Below, in pieces: positions 19,362 through 29,238 of a stretch of DNA of 64,000 bases. Made by a program: the position numbers and the translations under genes. Source of the stretch: an uncultured Spirochaetota bacterium (lineage in GTDB: Bacteria > Spirochaetota > Brevinematia > Brevinematales > JAOACQ01); the NCBI GenBank assembly GCA_963768055.1, contig CAVYGN010000001.1, forward strand, positions 1,216,001 through 1,280,000. The letters run 5' to 3'. Within the stretch, counting starts at the first letter, position 1; each line of letters opens with the position of its first letter. The notes under the pieces were generated by a model, which saw only the letters and a program-made list of their open reading frames with translations, did no database searches and was not told where the DNA came from.

Positions 19362-20018
19362 ATGATCGACCTCCATACCCACACTCTGTGGAGTGACGGC
19401 GAACTTATGCCGGCGGAACATGTAAGAAGGGCAATTAAGGCAGGATATGAGGCTATCGCTTTGACGGACCATGCCGATACATCGAATATCGAGGAACTCT
19501 GTAAGGAAAGCGTGCAATTTGCATCAGCCATGAACAGGCTGCAGAATGAAATTACCGTACTGTCCGGTTTGGAACTGACGCATATTTTGCCTGAAGAGAT
19601 CCCGGAATTGACGAAATATGCAAGGGGTAATGGAGTTTTAATTATTGTTGTCCATGGAGAAACGATAACCGAGCCCGTAAGGGCCGGAACTAATATGGCT
19701 GCTATCAAAGCGGGCGTTGACATCCTGGCCCATCCCGGACTTATTTCCGATGAGGAAGTCCGCCTCGCGGCGCAGAAGGGCGTTTTTCTTGAAATTTCCG
19801 CTCGAAGAGGACATTCCCTGACAAACGGGCATGTCGCCCGCCTTTCAAGCCTGCATGGCAGTCCGATGGTAATCGATACGGATTCCCATTCCCACAATGA
19901 TTTTATATCCGATCAAACAGCGGAAAAAATCCTGCTCGGTGCCGGGCTCGACATGCAATCCCTGCCCGGAATATTCCAGAATTCACATGAAATTGTTAAA
20001 AAATCTTTCAATAGATAA
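19362..20018 (+). CDS. PHP-domain protein (histidinol-phosphatase-like)
   Basis: DLHTHT.WSDG, IALTDH, ILAHPG, DTDSH. Confidence 0.9.
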   Translation: MIDLHTHTLWSDGELMPAEHVRRAIKAGYEAIALTDHADTSNIEELCKESVQFASAMNRLQNEITVLSGLELTHILPEEIPELTKYARGNGVLIIVVHGETITEPVRAGTNMAAIKAGVDILAHPGLISDEEVRLAAQKGVFLEISARRGHSLTNGHVARLSSLHGSPMVIDTDSHSHNDFISDQTAEKILLGAGLDMQSLPGIFQNSHEIVKKSFNR

Positions 20019-20033
20019 TCTAAAGGGATAAAA

Positions 20034-21539
20034 ATGGCTTATTCCAATTCATTTTCCCTCGATCTTTTCCCTGAAAAAATCCCCGAAGACCTGGTTTTCA
20101 TCACAGAAAGGCTGAAATCTGAAGGATATGAGGCATTTCTCGTTGGGGGAGCGGTAAGGGATATCATTTTATCGGGTATGAAGAAAAATTCTTATTCCGA
20201 TATGGAGTTCGACTTAACGACAAACGCCGAACCCGAAAAGGTAATATCCCTGTTCAGGAAAAACGGCAGGACCAGGATTTTTACAGTTCCCACCGGGCTA
20301 TTACATGGCACAGTCACTGTAATAATAGTAACGAACGATATCGCTTCCAGCTATGAAGTCACCACATACCGTGTAGACAGCTTTTATAAAGACGGCCGGC
20401 ATCCTTCATCCGTAAGCTTTTCTTCATCATTGACTGAAGATCTTGCCCGAAGGGACTTTACAATCAACGCCCTTGCTTATGATATACAGGAGAAGCAAGT
20501 AATCGATCCCTTTCAGGGGCTCTCAGATCTTAAAAGGAATATAATAAAAACTGTAGGAGACCCCTTGACCCGCTTCATGGAAGACGGATTACGGCCTGTG
20601 AGGGCCTGCCGTTTTGCAGCACAGCTCGGGTTTAAAATCGACAACGGCACTTTCGGGGCTATTCCAAGGGTATTAGAAACTGTAAGAATGGTATCCCTTG
20701 AAAGGATCCATGACGAAATCATGAAACTCATGAAAACCGGAAAACCGTCTATCGGCATTGAATACTTGAGGAAATCGGGCATACTCGAAATATTTATTCC
20801 CGAATTGCTTGAAGGATACAGGCTCAATCAAAATGAGTATCATAAATACGATGTTTACTATCATAATTTATATACATGCGACGCGGTCAATTTGGCAAAA
20901 CCCCAGATAAGGCTTGCCGGTCTTTTTCATGATATAGGAAAACCAAGGGCGCAGTATTTCGCTTCTACGAACGGCAACGGAAATGTGTTTTACAATCATG
21001 AAGTGATCGGTGAAAAGCTGACGGAAAAAATCCTTAAAAGGCTGAAATTCAGCAACAACGACACAAAAAAAATAAAGAAATTGGTAAAGCTCCATATGTT
21101 TTATTATACGGAGGAATGGAGCGACGGTGCCGTGAGGCGTTTTTTAAAAAAACTGAGGGACGATTCCATAGACCTTGACGATCTTTTCGAGCTTCGTAAA
21201 GCCGACAGGATAGGCAGCGGCCTGCGAAGCGGAGATGCTGAGATTCTTGATAAATTTAAAAATCGGATCGAAACTATCATTAAAGAGGACAACGCCCTTA
21301 AAGTAACGGATCTTGACATAGACGGCAATGAAATAATGAAGCGGTTCAATATCGGCCCTTCGAAAATTATCGGGGAAATTCTTGAATATATGCTCCAGAG
21401 AGTCCTTGACAATCCGGATTTAAACAAAAAAGATAAACTATATACTATAGGCGAGGAGTTTCTAAAAAAGAAAGCCGATTCATTAAAAGAAAATTCCTCA
21501 TCAAAAAATCAAACGGATGAAATGCCGATTTTCATTTAA
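20034..21539 (+). CDS. cca: CCA tRNA nucleotidyltransferase (class II) with HD domain
   Basis: VGGAVRD, EFDLTT, DLARRDFTINA, EDGLRPVRACRF, LFHDIGK. Confidence 0.85.
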   Translation: MAYSNSFSLDLFPEKIPEDLVFITERLKSEGYEAFLVGGAVRDIILSGMKKNSYSDMEFDLTTNAEPEKVISLFRKNGRTRIFTVPTGLLHGTVTVIIVTNDIASSYEVTTYRVDSFYKDGRHPSSVSFSSSLTEDLARRDFTINALAYDIQEKQVIDPFQGLSDLKRNIIKTVGDPLTRFMEDGLRPVRACRFAAQLGFKIDNGTFGAIPRVLETVRMVSLERIHDEIMKLMKTGKPSIGIEYLRKSGILEIFIPELLEGYRLNQNEYHKYDVYYHNLYTCDAVNLAKPQIRLAGLFHDIGKPRAQYFASTNGNGNVFYNHEVIGEKLTEKILKRLKFSNNDTKKIKKLVKLHMFYYTEEWSDGAVRRFLKKLRDDSIDLDDLFELRKADRIGSGLRSGDAEILDKFKNRIETIIKEDNALKVTDLDIDGNEIMKRFNIGPSKIIGEILEYMLQRVLDNPDLNKKDKLYTIGEEFLKKKADSLKENSSSKNQTDEMPIFI

Positions 21540-21551
21540 GGGTGCTTCCGT

Positions 21552-22847
21552 ATGGAGAATACAATGAATGATTATACATTGTTAAGCAGAAAGAGCCTGA
21601 TATCGAAGCTTTCAGAAATGCAGAAAAGATTTGAAGATATCAAATCCATGGGACTGAAACTGGACATGTCGCGTGGAAAGCCCTGCCCGGAACAGCTTGA
21701 TCTGTCTATGGAAATTCTTAAAATCAATGACTTTATATCATCCGATGGAAATGACTGCAGAAATTACGGCATGGTCGACGGTCTGCCTGAAGCCAGGAAA
21801 CTTTTTTCCGAATTATTGGAAGTAAGCGAAGAGGAAATAATAATAAGCGGTAACTCCAGCCTCAATCTGATGCATGATATAATCGCGGCAGCTCTCCTGC
21901 TGGGTGTAAACGGAATAGACAAGCCCTGGCGTTCGGAGGGTCTTCCGGCAGTAAAATTCCTATGCCCCAGCCCGGGTTATGACAGGCATTTCGCAATATG
22001 TGAGCTTTTTGGAATCGGCATGATCCCTATCGACATGAAAAACGACGGCCCGGATATGGATAGGATAGAAAAACTGGTTTCAAAGGATGAACTTATCAAA
22101 GGGATCTGGTGCGTCCCAAATTACAGCAATCCCGATGGAATTAATTATTCCGGCGAAGTGGTGGTGAGGCTTGCCGAAATGGAAACAAAAGCCCCGGATT
22201 TCAGGATCTTCTGGGATAAGGCATACGCGTTTCATCACCTGACTGACACGCATGTAAAAGTTGATAACCTTCTTGAAGCCTGTAAAAAAACCGGAAATCC
22301 TGACAGGGTATTTATATTCGCTTCCACCTCTAAAATTACCTTTGCCGGAGCGGGTATTTCAATGGTGGCTTCAAGCGTGTCAAATATTAAATACCTGAAA
22401 AGGCTTATATCCATTCAGACGATCGGACCTGACAAGCTTAACCAGCTGCGTCATGTAAAATTCTTTAAAAACGCCGAAGGAATTTATTCTCATATGAAAA
22501 AACATGGTGCAATTTTAAAACCCAAGTTTGACGCCGTGTTTTCAATTCTCGAAAAGGAACTGGGCAATAAAGGAATAGCCTCATGGAATAAACCCGACGG
22601 AGGCTATTTTATCAGCCTTAATGTGATGGATAACTGCGCAGGAAAAATCGTCGCTATGGCAGGCGATGGCGGAGCTGTATTCACCAAGGCCGGGGCGACT
22701 TTCCCTTACGGAAGGGACCCGAGGGATAGAAATATCAGGATCGCGCCTACCTACCCCTCGCTGGACGAACTCAGGAAGGCTATTGAACTTTTATGCATCT
22801 GCGTCCAGATCGTCTGTATCCGTTCATTGCTGGAAAAAGAGCCGTAG
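21552..22847 (+). CDS. PLP-dependent class I/II aminotransferase (aspartate aminotransferase-like)
   Basis: LDMSRGKP, PGYDRHF, YSNPDG, STSKITFAG (PLP Lys), NIRIAPT; alternative start at 21564. Confidence 0.9.
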   Translation: MENTMNDYTLLSRKSLISKLSEMQKRFEDIKSMGLKLDMSRGKPCPEQLDLSMEILKINDFISSDGNDCRNYGMVDGLPEARKLFSELLEVSEEEIIISGNSSLNLMHDIIAAALLLGVNGIDKPWRSEGLPAVKFLCPSPGYDRHFAICELFGIGMIPIDMKNDGPDMDRIEKLVSKDELIKGIWCVPNYSNPDGINYSGEVVVRLAEMETKAPDFRIFWDKAYAFHHLTDTHVKVDNLLEACKKTGNPDRVFIFASTSKITFAGAGISMVASSVSNIKYLKRLISIQTIGPDKLNQLRHVKFFKNAEGIYSHMKKHGAILKPKFDAVFSILEKELGNKGIASWNKPDGGYFISLNVMDNCAGKIVAMAGDGGAVFTKAGATFPYGRDPRDRNIRIAPTYPSLDELRKAIELLCICVQIVCIRSLLEKEP

Positions 22848-22867
22848 GGTATTAGAAGCACCTAAAT

Positions 22868-23719
22868 TTAATTTCTCTTTGAGACCGCTTCCTGTTTTAT
22901 TTTTTTTGCTTCGGCGTCTTTTTTCCTGATATCCTGCTCAAGCTTGTCTTTCCATTTTTCGATTGTTTTTTTCGTTTCCTGGGCCTGTAACTGTTCATTC
23001 AATATAATATATATGCGCAGGAGCAAATTGAGGAATTCTATCCCCTTGTTCATGTCCGTTACACCCATTGTGGTTAGTTCATATTTATTTCTGTATTTCT
23101 GTGCGGCGTTTTCAATAAGTCTTTTGGCCAGCTGGAACAGCTCGTTTATTTCCTTGTAGAAAGGCGTTGTTGGATCGTATACCTGCTGGGCGTAAACCTT
23201 GAAATTTATCATGTTCTTTGTAAGGGCGGCAAGCTTTCCGTACATTTCAACAAACGTCCATTTCCATTTTGAAGTATCGCCTTCAGCAAGCTGGACGATC
23301 GCTATGCAGTAATCTATCTTTTTCAGAAGATTTAAAACTCTTTTAGGATTCAAGAGAGATAGCTTCTCGATTATTTCCGCATTATCGGTAAGGGAGGAAT
23401 CGATTATATTCCCTACTATAGTTTCAAGCATTTTTATTGCCTGGTAAATGTTCTTTCTTGAATTAGTAAGGTACAGGTCGTTTTTCATATCCATAATTTG
23501 AATGCTGTATTCGTTCATTTTAGCATAAACTTTGACTGTTTCAAGATAATTATTACTCGCAGCCACTCTTTTATAAAATGAGACCGTCTCTTTATCCCTC
23601 ATGCCTTCGCGTTCGAATTTCTGGGCCTTTTTCTGGATCGTTTCAACCTTTTCTTTAAGGTCTTTAACGGTTATGTTATAAGCCTCTTTTTTTTCCTTTG
23701 GAATCTGTTTAAGCGGCAT
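22868..23719 (-). CDS. Hypothetical alpha-helical cytoplasmic protein
   Basis: 283 aa, K/E-rich and helical; no recognisable catalytic motif. Confidence 0.7.
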   Translation of the reverse strand: MPLKQIPKEKKEAYNITVKDLKEKVETIQKKAQKFEREGMRDKETVSFYKRVAASNNYLETVKVYAKMNEYSIQIMDMKNDLYLTNSRKNIYQAIKMLETIVGNIIDSSLTDNAEIIEKLSLLNPKRVLNLLKKIDYCIAIVQLAEGDTSKWKWTFVEMYGKLAALTKNMINFKVYAQQVYDPTTPFYKEINELFQLAKRLIENAAQKYRNKYELTTMGVTDMNKGIEFLNLLLRIYIILNEQLQAQETKKTIEKWKDKLEQDIRKKDAEAKKIKQEAVSKRN

Positions 23720-23821
23720 TTGATTATTAACCCCGACTTTTCTATTTACATTTATTATTATATAATGCTAATATTATAATCGGAATTTTTATGTTTACAA
23801 ATAAAGAGGGGCCTTTTTTTT

Positions 23822-24985
23822 ATGAGTGATAATAAATTTTTCGATAAGATACTTGAAAATATCTCGAGGCTGGACGAAACCAAGATCAAGTCCCTCATGG
23901 AAAACCTGGAAAACGAAAAGCGGATCTATAGGGACGCTCTTGAGAATTCTGAAGAAGCCCTTATAATCGTCAATGAAAATAAGATATTCTTTATAAACCG
24001 GAACGCCAAAAGGCTGCTGATAACTCCGAATGTAATCAATCTTCCCGCATATCCCAATGAATTGAAAAAGCAGGTGGGCAACCAGGATCTTTTCTCTTTT
24101 CTGTTGAAAGCTATGGCAATGAACGATTTTAAAAAAGAATTCGCGGACAGTTCGAGGGAATCAAGGTATTATTTTGTCGAGAGGGTAACGGTTTCCAAGA
24201 ATATTTTCCTTATCAAAGTAAAGGATATTTCAAAAAATAAGGAGATGGAATTCCAGTTGAAAAACCTGGAATCGGTTTCCGCCCTCAATACCCTTGCCGC
24301 CGGAATAGCCCATGAGATTAAAAATCCGCTCACAGCGATTGACCTTCATACCCAGATTTTAAAAAAAGGGATAAACAAGAAGATGATCGAGGTACCTCCA
24401 GAAGTTCTTCAATATGTTCAGATCATTGACGAGGAACAGAGAAGGCTTGGCCTGATCGTGAACGACTTCCTTACTGCCGCCAGGAAACGCGATCTCAAGC
24501 TTACTTTTGAAGATATAAATCAATACCTGAGAGATATACTGTTCCTGATCAAGCCGGAAATAGAAAAAAACGAGATCGGCCTCAATGAGGAATACGAAGA
24601 TGTGCCCAAGATATTTATCGATAAGGATTACCTTAAACAGGCGGTGATAAATCTTTTGAAAAACGCGATGGAATCGATGAAAGCTTCCGTGAACGTTCAG
24701 GCCAAAAAAAAGATTCTCACTGTAAGGACATTTTATGACAATGCGATGGATTCTGTCGGCATCTCTATAATTGACAACGGGATGGGTATCGATAGTGAGA
24801 AAATAAAGAAAATTTTCGAACCCTATTACTCCACAAAAGACTATGGAACGGGCCTGGGTTTGACCATTGTCTATAAGATAATACAGGAACATGGGGGCGA
24901 TATCAAGGTCGAAAGCAGGAAAGGGGAAGGCAGTAATTTTACAATATACCTGCCTCTCTCAAAGGGGACAAAATTGATCTCTTAA
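23822..24985 (+). CDS. Cytoplasmic sensor histidine kinase (PAS-like + HisKA + HATPase)
   Basis: AGIAHEIKNPL, NLLKNA, DNGMGI, FEPYYSTK, GTGLGL. Confidence 0.93.
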   Translation: MSDNKFFDKILENISRLDETKIKSLMENLENEKRIYRDALENSEEALIIVNENKIFFINRNAKRLLITPNVINLPAYPNELKKQVGNQDLFSFLLKAMAMNDFKKEFADSSRESRYYFVERVTVSKNIFLIKVKDISKNKEMEFQLKNLESVSALNTLAAGIAHEIKNPLTAIDLHTQILKKGINKKMIEVPPEVLQYVQIIDEEQRRLGLIVNDFLTAARKRDLKLTFEDINQYLRDILFLIKPEIEKNEIGLNEEYEDVPKIFIDKDYLKQAVINLLKNAMESMKASVNVQAKKKILTVRTFYDNAMDSVGISIIDNGMGIDSEKIKKIFEPYYSTKDYGTGLGLTIVYKIIQEHGGDIKVESRKGEGSNFTIYLPLSKGTKLIS

Positions 24986-25024
24986 TCTGCGTCGGAGAAA
25001 TTGACCCCAGGTATTTCATTCTAA

Positions 25025-25609
25025 CTACGCTATATTGTCAGTCGCAGAATCATCCATTCTGAAGTGGAATTTATAATTTATTTCCTTATCGCCTTTTTCG
25101 ATGGTTTTGATTTTTTCATAAGTAATGGATTTTGCCCCGCAAAGCTCGAGTATTTTATTAAGATAACCCATTACGACATATTCAAAATGATAGTGGTTAA
25201 TAGGAACATTATACAGCCTTGCATCTACGCTTCCAGGTTCATACTTTACTTCAACATCTCCGGCGGTATAATACACTTTCCATAAAACCGGAAGCGCTTC
25301 CGTCACTACACGGCCTATCTCTCTATTTTTAATCAAATTCCTGTAAGGCCCATCTATTAAAGCATATTCCGCGGATTTTTCCCCCATTATCCAATATACT
25401 CTATTATCATTGTTATAAAATTTTTTTAATGAAAGATCGCTGAATAAAAGGAACTTATCAACGGGGATCAGGGTAAACGGCAGAATGTCGTTTTTAAAAT
25501 ACGGTTCCTTTTCGATTACCTCATTCATCAATTCTTTAAACTTCTCTTCCCCGAATTGTGAAATAATCATTTTTTTTCTTGCCACGAATGCCGTCCCCTT
25601 TACTTCCAT
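25025..25609 (-). CDS. Hypothetical protein resembling DUF2378/TIGR02265 (V4R/H-NOX-like ligand-binding fold)
   Basis: VKGTAF..FG, MGEKSAEYAL.GPY, LPVLWKVYY..G; start at ATG 25609 after GGAGG. Confidence 0.5.
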   Translation of the reverse strand: MEVKGTAFVARKKMIISQFGEEKFKELMNEVIEKEPYFKNDILPFTLIPVDKFLLFSDLSLKKFYNNDNRVYWIMGEKSAEYALIDGPYRNLIKNREIGRVVTEALPVLWKVYYTAGDVEVKYEPGSVDARLYNVPINHYHFEYVVMGYLNKILELCGAKSITYEKIKTIEKGDKEINYKFHFRMDDSATDNIA

Positions 25610-25728
25610 AAAAACCTCCACATTATTTTTTGCGGATTAATATTGCTCATTATAATTAACCTTATATAAATAGCAATAATAAATATTTTTGTCAAATGAG
25701 AATTAAAAAAGCTTGCTTTTCCGGACGC

Positions 25729-26937
25729 TTATAACTGATAACCAAAGGAAACGCCGGCTGTAAAAGCCCCTCCGTAGGCTGTAGTTACAGGTATTAACCA
25801 TATTGAACCCGATGAGGGTTTAGCTGTTAAATCATAGCCGTAAAATGCGTAAGGCATAATTACAAAATTGGCTACTTTTATAGTAAATCCCCCCCCTATT
25901 TTTAATAAAAGAGGGCTGAATACATCAATTTGATCCTGGGTTAGCGTTACCGTTATGCCGTTTTCAGTTTCATTTAATAAAAAAACCTTTTCAAGCCCTA
26001 TTGCAGGCCAGAAACTGAAAACGCTCGAGCCTAAAGGCAATTTAAGGAATATGCTTAAATCAAGGAATGAATCAGCGACATTTGTAACTGTTATATTTGT
26101 AGTATTGCCTAAAAGTACAAAAGAAGCGCTGGGTTGACCGGAATTAATACCATAACCTGCGCTTACGTTCAAGTAAGTCAAATCTAAAAATGTGCTGATG
26201 TACATGCTCGGTTCGCTAAAAACAGCACTCCATGGCAAAGATAAAGGGCTGCCCAGGCTGCCTGATAACAAATCCAAATATGATATATACTTCAAATCCA
26301 AACCGAAGCTTATAATGCTCGAATGCTGCTCATTTGTTTTTACCGGTATGTTTGTTTCCGCTTTTTCCTCGCTCGGATGCTGCTCCTCAGTTTTTTCCGG
26401 AGCGTTTGTTTCTATTTTTCCTTCGCTCGAAGGCTGCTCATTTGTTTTTTCCGGAATGTTTGTTTCTATTTTTTCTTCATCAGAATAAGCCTCAAAACCG
26501 GCGTTTATATAAACACTGCCTTCATTATTCTCGAAACTGCCTCTTTCGCCGTTAGGAACAAAGATCACAAAATCATTTTTCTTTAATTCAACAGTTATAT
26601 ATTGGCCTTTCATGTTTTCTTCCGCTTTTTCAGGCGTTGATTCTTCCCCGTCGCTTCCCATCTGATAATCGAAAGATACCGGGTACCCGTTGTTTCCATT
26701 CCCCCAGACAATATCCCGGTTAATATAGACCAGAATTTTTGTTTTATAACCGGGCTTTTCACTCAATTTATAAGCCCCTCTGGTAAATTCGAATGTATAT
26801 GTGCCGGATTCTTCGGCAATATATTTTGTACCTGAGCTCATGTTTCCAGCTATTTGAATTTCTTTAGCGGCTCCAAAAGAAACCGCCGTAATAAAAAAGC
26901 AGAGGACCAACCCCGTTAAGGTTTTAATGCTCCACAT
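25729..26937 (-). CDS. Secreted or outer-membrane protein with repeat linker and C-terminal beta-barrel-like domain
   Basis: Signal peptide, three 18-aa repeats, amphipathic beta strands ending GVSFGYQL. Confidence 0.6.
   Translation of the reverse strand: MWSIKTLTGLVLCFFITAVSFGAAKEIQIAGNMSSGTKYIAEESGTYTFEFTRGAYKLSEKPGYKTKILVYINRDIVWGNGNNGYPVSFDYQMGSDGEESTPEKAEENMKGQYITVELKKNDFVIFVPNGERGSFENNEGSVYINAGFEAYSDEEKIETNIPEKTNEQPSSEGKIETNAPEKTEEQHPSEEKAETNIPVKTNEQHSSIISFGLDLKYISYLDLLSGSLGSPLSLPWSAVFSEPSMYISTFLDLTYLNVSAGYGINSGQPSASFVLLGNTTNITVTNVADSFLDLSIFLKLPLGSSVFSFWPAIGLEKVFLLNETENGITVTLTQDQIDVFSPLLLKIGGGFTIKVANFVIMPYAFYGYDLTAKPSSGSIWLIPVTTAYGGAFTAGVSFGYQL
26317..26478. repeat. Three imperfect 54-bp tandem repeats (coding)
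   Basis: Units start at 26317, 26371 and 26425; they encode EEKIETNIPEKTNEQPSS / EGKIETNAPEKTEEQHPS / EEKAETNIPVKTNEQHSS. Confidence 0.9.
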
Positions 26938-27061
26938 TTTTTTCTCCTAAAAATACCGGGATGAACACTTTTCCTTACCGAAATTCTAATTCAGCGAATT
27001 TTTATTGTCAATATTATTATCCGGGGCAATAAAATATTATGCTCAAAGCAGATCGATCATT

Positions 27062-27094
27062 ACTGCCGACTGCCGGCTGCCGGCTATCGACTGG
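27062..27094. repeat. 7-bp tandem repeat
   Basis: ACTGCCG ACTGCCG GCTGCCG GCTATCG ACTGG, just past the ttcA stop codon. Confidence 0.6.
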
Positions 27095-27098
27095 GATA

Positions 27099-27893
27099 TT
27101 AAGGCCTTTTAAAAAGGCCCGAGGATTTCGGTGAAAAGAACCTGTCCAGGAGATAATCCGGCTTCGGGTTCCTGAAGGCTGCGAATATATTTTTAGAAAA
27201 TCCCGGGATCTTCGGTGAAAGTATCTTGATCATATCCCTCACTTTCTCCCTCCTGAGATCCCGGCGTATCATTTTTGAAGGGCAGACTTCTCCGAAAACA
27301 GGCAGAACTTCTTCCCTTCCGTATATGAAGCTTTCAAGCCTTGGTTTAGATATATAACAAAGGGGCCTGATCAGCGACATTTTGCCGCCGAAGATATCCA
27401 GCCTCGGAAGCATTGAAGAAAGCTCCCTGCCGTAGAACATATTCATAAGGCTGGTCTCCACGATATCGTCCATATGGTGGCCCAGGGCTATGGATGAGCA
27501 TTCATGACCCGAAGCGTATTTGATCAATTCGGTCCTTCTTTTCCGGGAACAAAGAAAGCATGTATCCCTCCGCCTGAAATTTTCATCGGTCAGTATTTTT
27601 ACCGCTGTAATCTTGATAATATCCATGGATAGCCCTGTTTTTTCCGCAACACAGGTCCTTAATTTTTCTATTCTCTCGTTATGAAGGGAATTTTCCCCGT
27701 TAAAGTTATCAACAAACACGGGAAAAAGTTTATATTTTATAGGGATACGGTCAAGCCGGGCATAGAGAAGGAGGAGCAGTGCAAGGCTGTCGATTCCGCC
27801 TGACAGCCCTATCACAATACGGTCGCCGTCCTTTATCATTTCATAATCGTTTATCGCGAGCCCCATCAGCTTTGAAAGATTTTTCTCGGTCAA
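27099..27893 (-). CDS. ttcA: tRNA 2-thiocytidine biosynthesis TtcA-family PP-loop ATPase
   Basis: SGGIDS, CFLCSRKRR, ALGHHMDD, LIRPL, CP. Confidence 0.8.
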   Translation of the reverse strand: MTEKNLSKLMGLAINDYEMIKDGDRIVIGLSGGIDSLALLLLLYARLDRIPIKYKLFPVFVDNFNGENSLHNERIEKLRTCVAEKTGLSMDIIKITAVKILTDENFRRRDTCFLCSRKRRTELIKYASGHECSSIALGHHMDDIVETSLMNMFYGRELSSMLPRLDIFGGKMSLIRPLCYISKPRLESFIYGREEVLPVFGEVCPSKMIRRDLRREKVRDMIKILSPKIPGFSKNIFAAFRNPKPDYLLDRFFSPKSSGLFKRP

Positions 27894-28067
27894 TGAATAT
27901 GCCTCCGATTTTAAAGCTTATTATAACAAAATATTCAAAATATTTCTCATTATTGCCCTCGCGACAATCATTAAAGAAATGTTCTGGAATAACCGGCTTA
28001 ATTGTGTTATAATTTTATCACACTGCAAAGCTCACGCCTTCGCAGTGATCCATCAAGGAGAAATTAC

Positions 28068-28733
28068 TTGAAAGAATTCGACAGGCTTTATGACATAGTT
28101 AAAACTCTCAGGACCAAGTGCCCCTGGGACAGGGAACAGACTCCCCGGTCGGCGACCGCCGATCTTGTGGAAGAGGTCTATGAAACAATTGAAGCGATAG
28201 AACTTGATAAGCCGGCAGACGCCAGGGAAGAACTTGGCGATTTGATCTTCCTTGTACTTTTTATCGGCAGAATGTACGAGGAATCCGGATATTTTACCTT
28301 TATGGATATTCTTAACGAGATTTCAGAAAAGCTTATCAGGCGCCACCCGCATGTTTTCGGAGACAGGAAGGAGAAAAACATCGACGAGATCCTTGTAAAA
28401 TGGGAAGCGATAAAATCCTCCGAAAAGAAAAATTCACATAGAAAAACGCCTTTTGACGGAATTCCTAAAAAACTCCCTGAAATTCAAAGATTCGATAAAA
28501 TACTCGAAAAAGCCAGAAGGGTAGAGCTCGAGATTCCTGAAATTAAAGATAGTGAACTGGCCGGGACTTTAAGCTTCTTTATTGAGAATAAAAACGAGGA
28601 AAGTTTTTCGGAGTTTCTTGAGAAATTTTTAATATACTCTTTTCAAAAAAAATTTTCAATCCCGCCGCTGATAAGGAAAATAGGCCGGAAAACCGTTTCC
28701 AGATATAAAAAAATCGTCAAAATAATTAAGTAA
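28068..28733 (+). CDS. mazG: MazG nucleoside triphosphate pyrophosphohydrolase (single catalytic domain)
   Basis: CPWDREQT, EEVYE, EELGD, KLIRRHPHVF, WEAIK; in-frame TTG start at 28068 after AGGAG. Confidence 0.85.
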   Translation: MKEFDRLYDIVKTLRTKCPWDREQTPRSATADLVEEVYETIEAIELDKPADAREELGDLIFLVLFIGRMYEESGYFTFMDILNEISEKLIRRHPHVFGDRKEKNIDEILVKWEAIKSSEKKNSHRKTPFDGIPKKLPEIQRFDKILEKARRVELEIPEIKDSELAGTLSFFIENKNEESFSEFLEKFLIYSFQKKFSIPPLIRKIGRKTVSRYKKIVKIIK

Positions 28734-28813
28734 CAGAACTTTAATAACGATACTATATATATAAATAGGATTCCCCTTTGAGGGAGTCCGAATAAATTCC
28801 AAGGAGGGAATTT

Positions 28814-29119
28814 ATGATTGTTAACGGATTAAGCCCGGGTATAGCTATCAATGATACCGTGACGCCGGTACCCGACAGGGATCTTCTTCAAAAACAGGAG
28901 ATCGAACAGGAAATACGCATTGAAAGGCAGAAGCTTGAAAAAGACACTGCTGAAAAAAACCCGAAAAAGGATTCCAGCAGATCTTCTGAACCTGATATGA
29001 GCGAATATTACCTGAAAGAGCTTCTCTTTCTCATGAGTTCCAGGGGAAATACGGCAACGATAGAAAAATTAGCTCAGCTTCTTAAAAAAGAAAGGGATAC
29101 TTTGACTGGAGTTAAATGA
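28814..29119 (+). CDS. Hypothetical protein
   Basis: 101-aa charged ORF with a strong AAGGAGG RBS. Confidence 0.7.
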   Translation: MIVNGLSPGIAINDTVTPVPDRDLLQKQEIEQEIRIERQKLEKDTAEKNPKKDSSRSSEPDMSEYYLKELLFLMSSRGNTATIEKLAQLLKKERDTLTGVK

Positions 29120-29185
29120 AAAGCCCGGAATTTGCCATATCGTAAACTTTTATTTGCAAAACCGCACTATCAAAAATTGTTTAAT

Positions 29186-29214
29186 TTGAAAAAAAAGACG
29201 GCCTGTGCTATTAT
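29186..29214 (+). promoter_or_regulatory. sigma70-type promoter of paaK
   Basis: TTGAAA-17 bp-TATTAT with a TG extended -10. Confidence 0.5.
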
Positions 29215-29238
29215 ATTCGAACAATTAAGGAGTGCGGC

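Noticed and set aside
19340..19897. 185-aa minus-strand ORF
   Set aside because: Antisense shadow of the PHP-domain gene.
28068..28733. MazG as an anti-phage effector
   Set aside because: It has the housekeeping MazG signature and no neighbouring defence genes.
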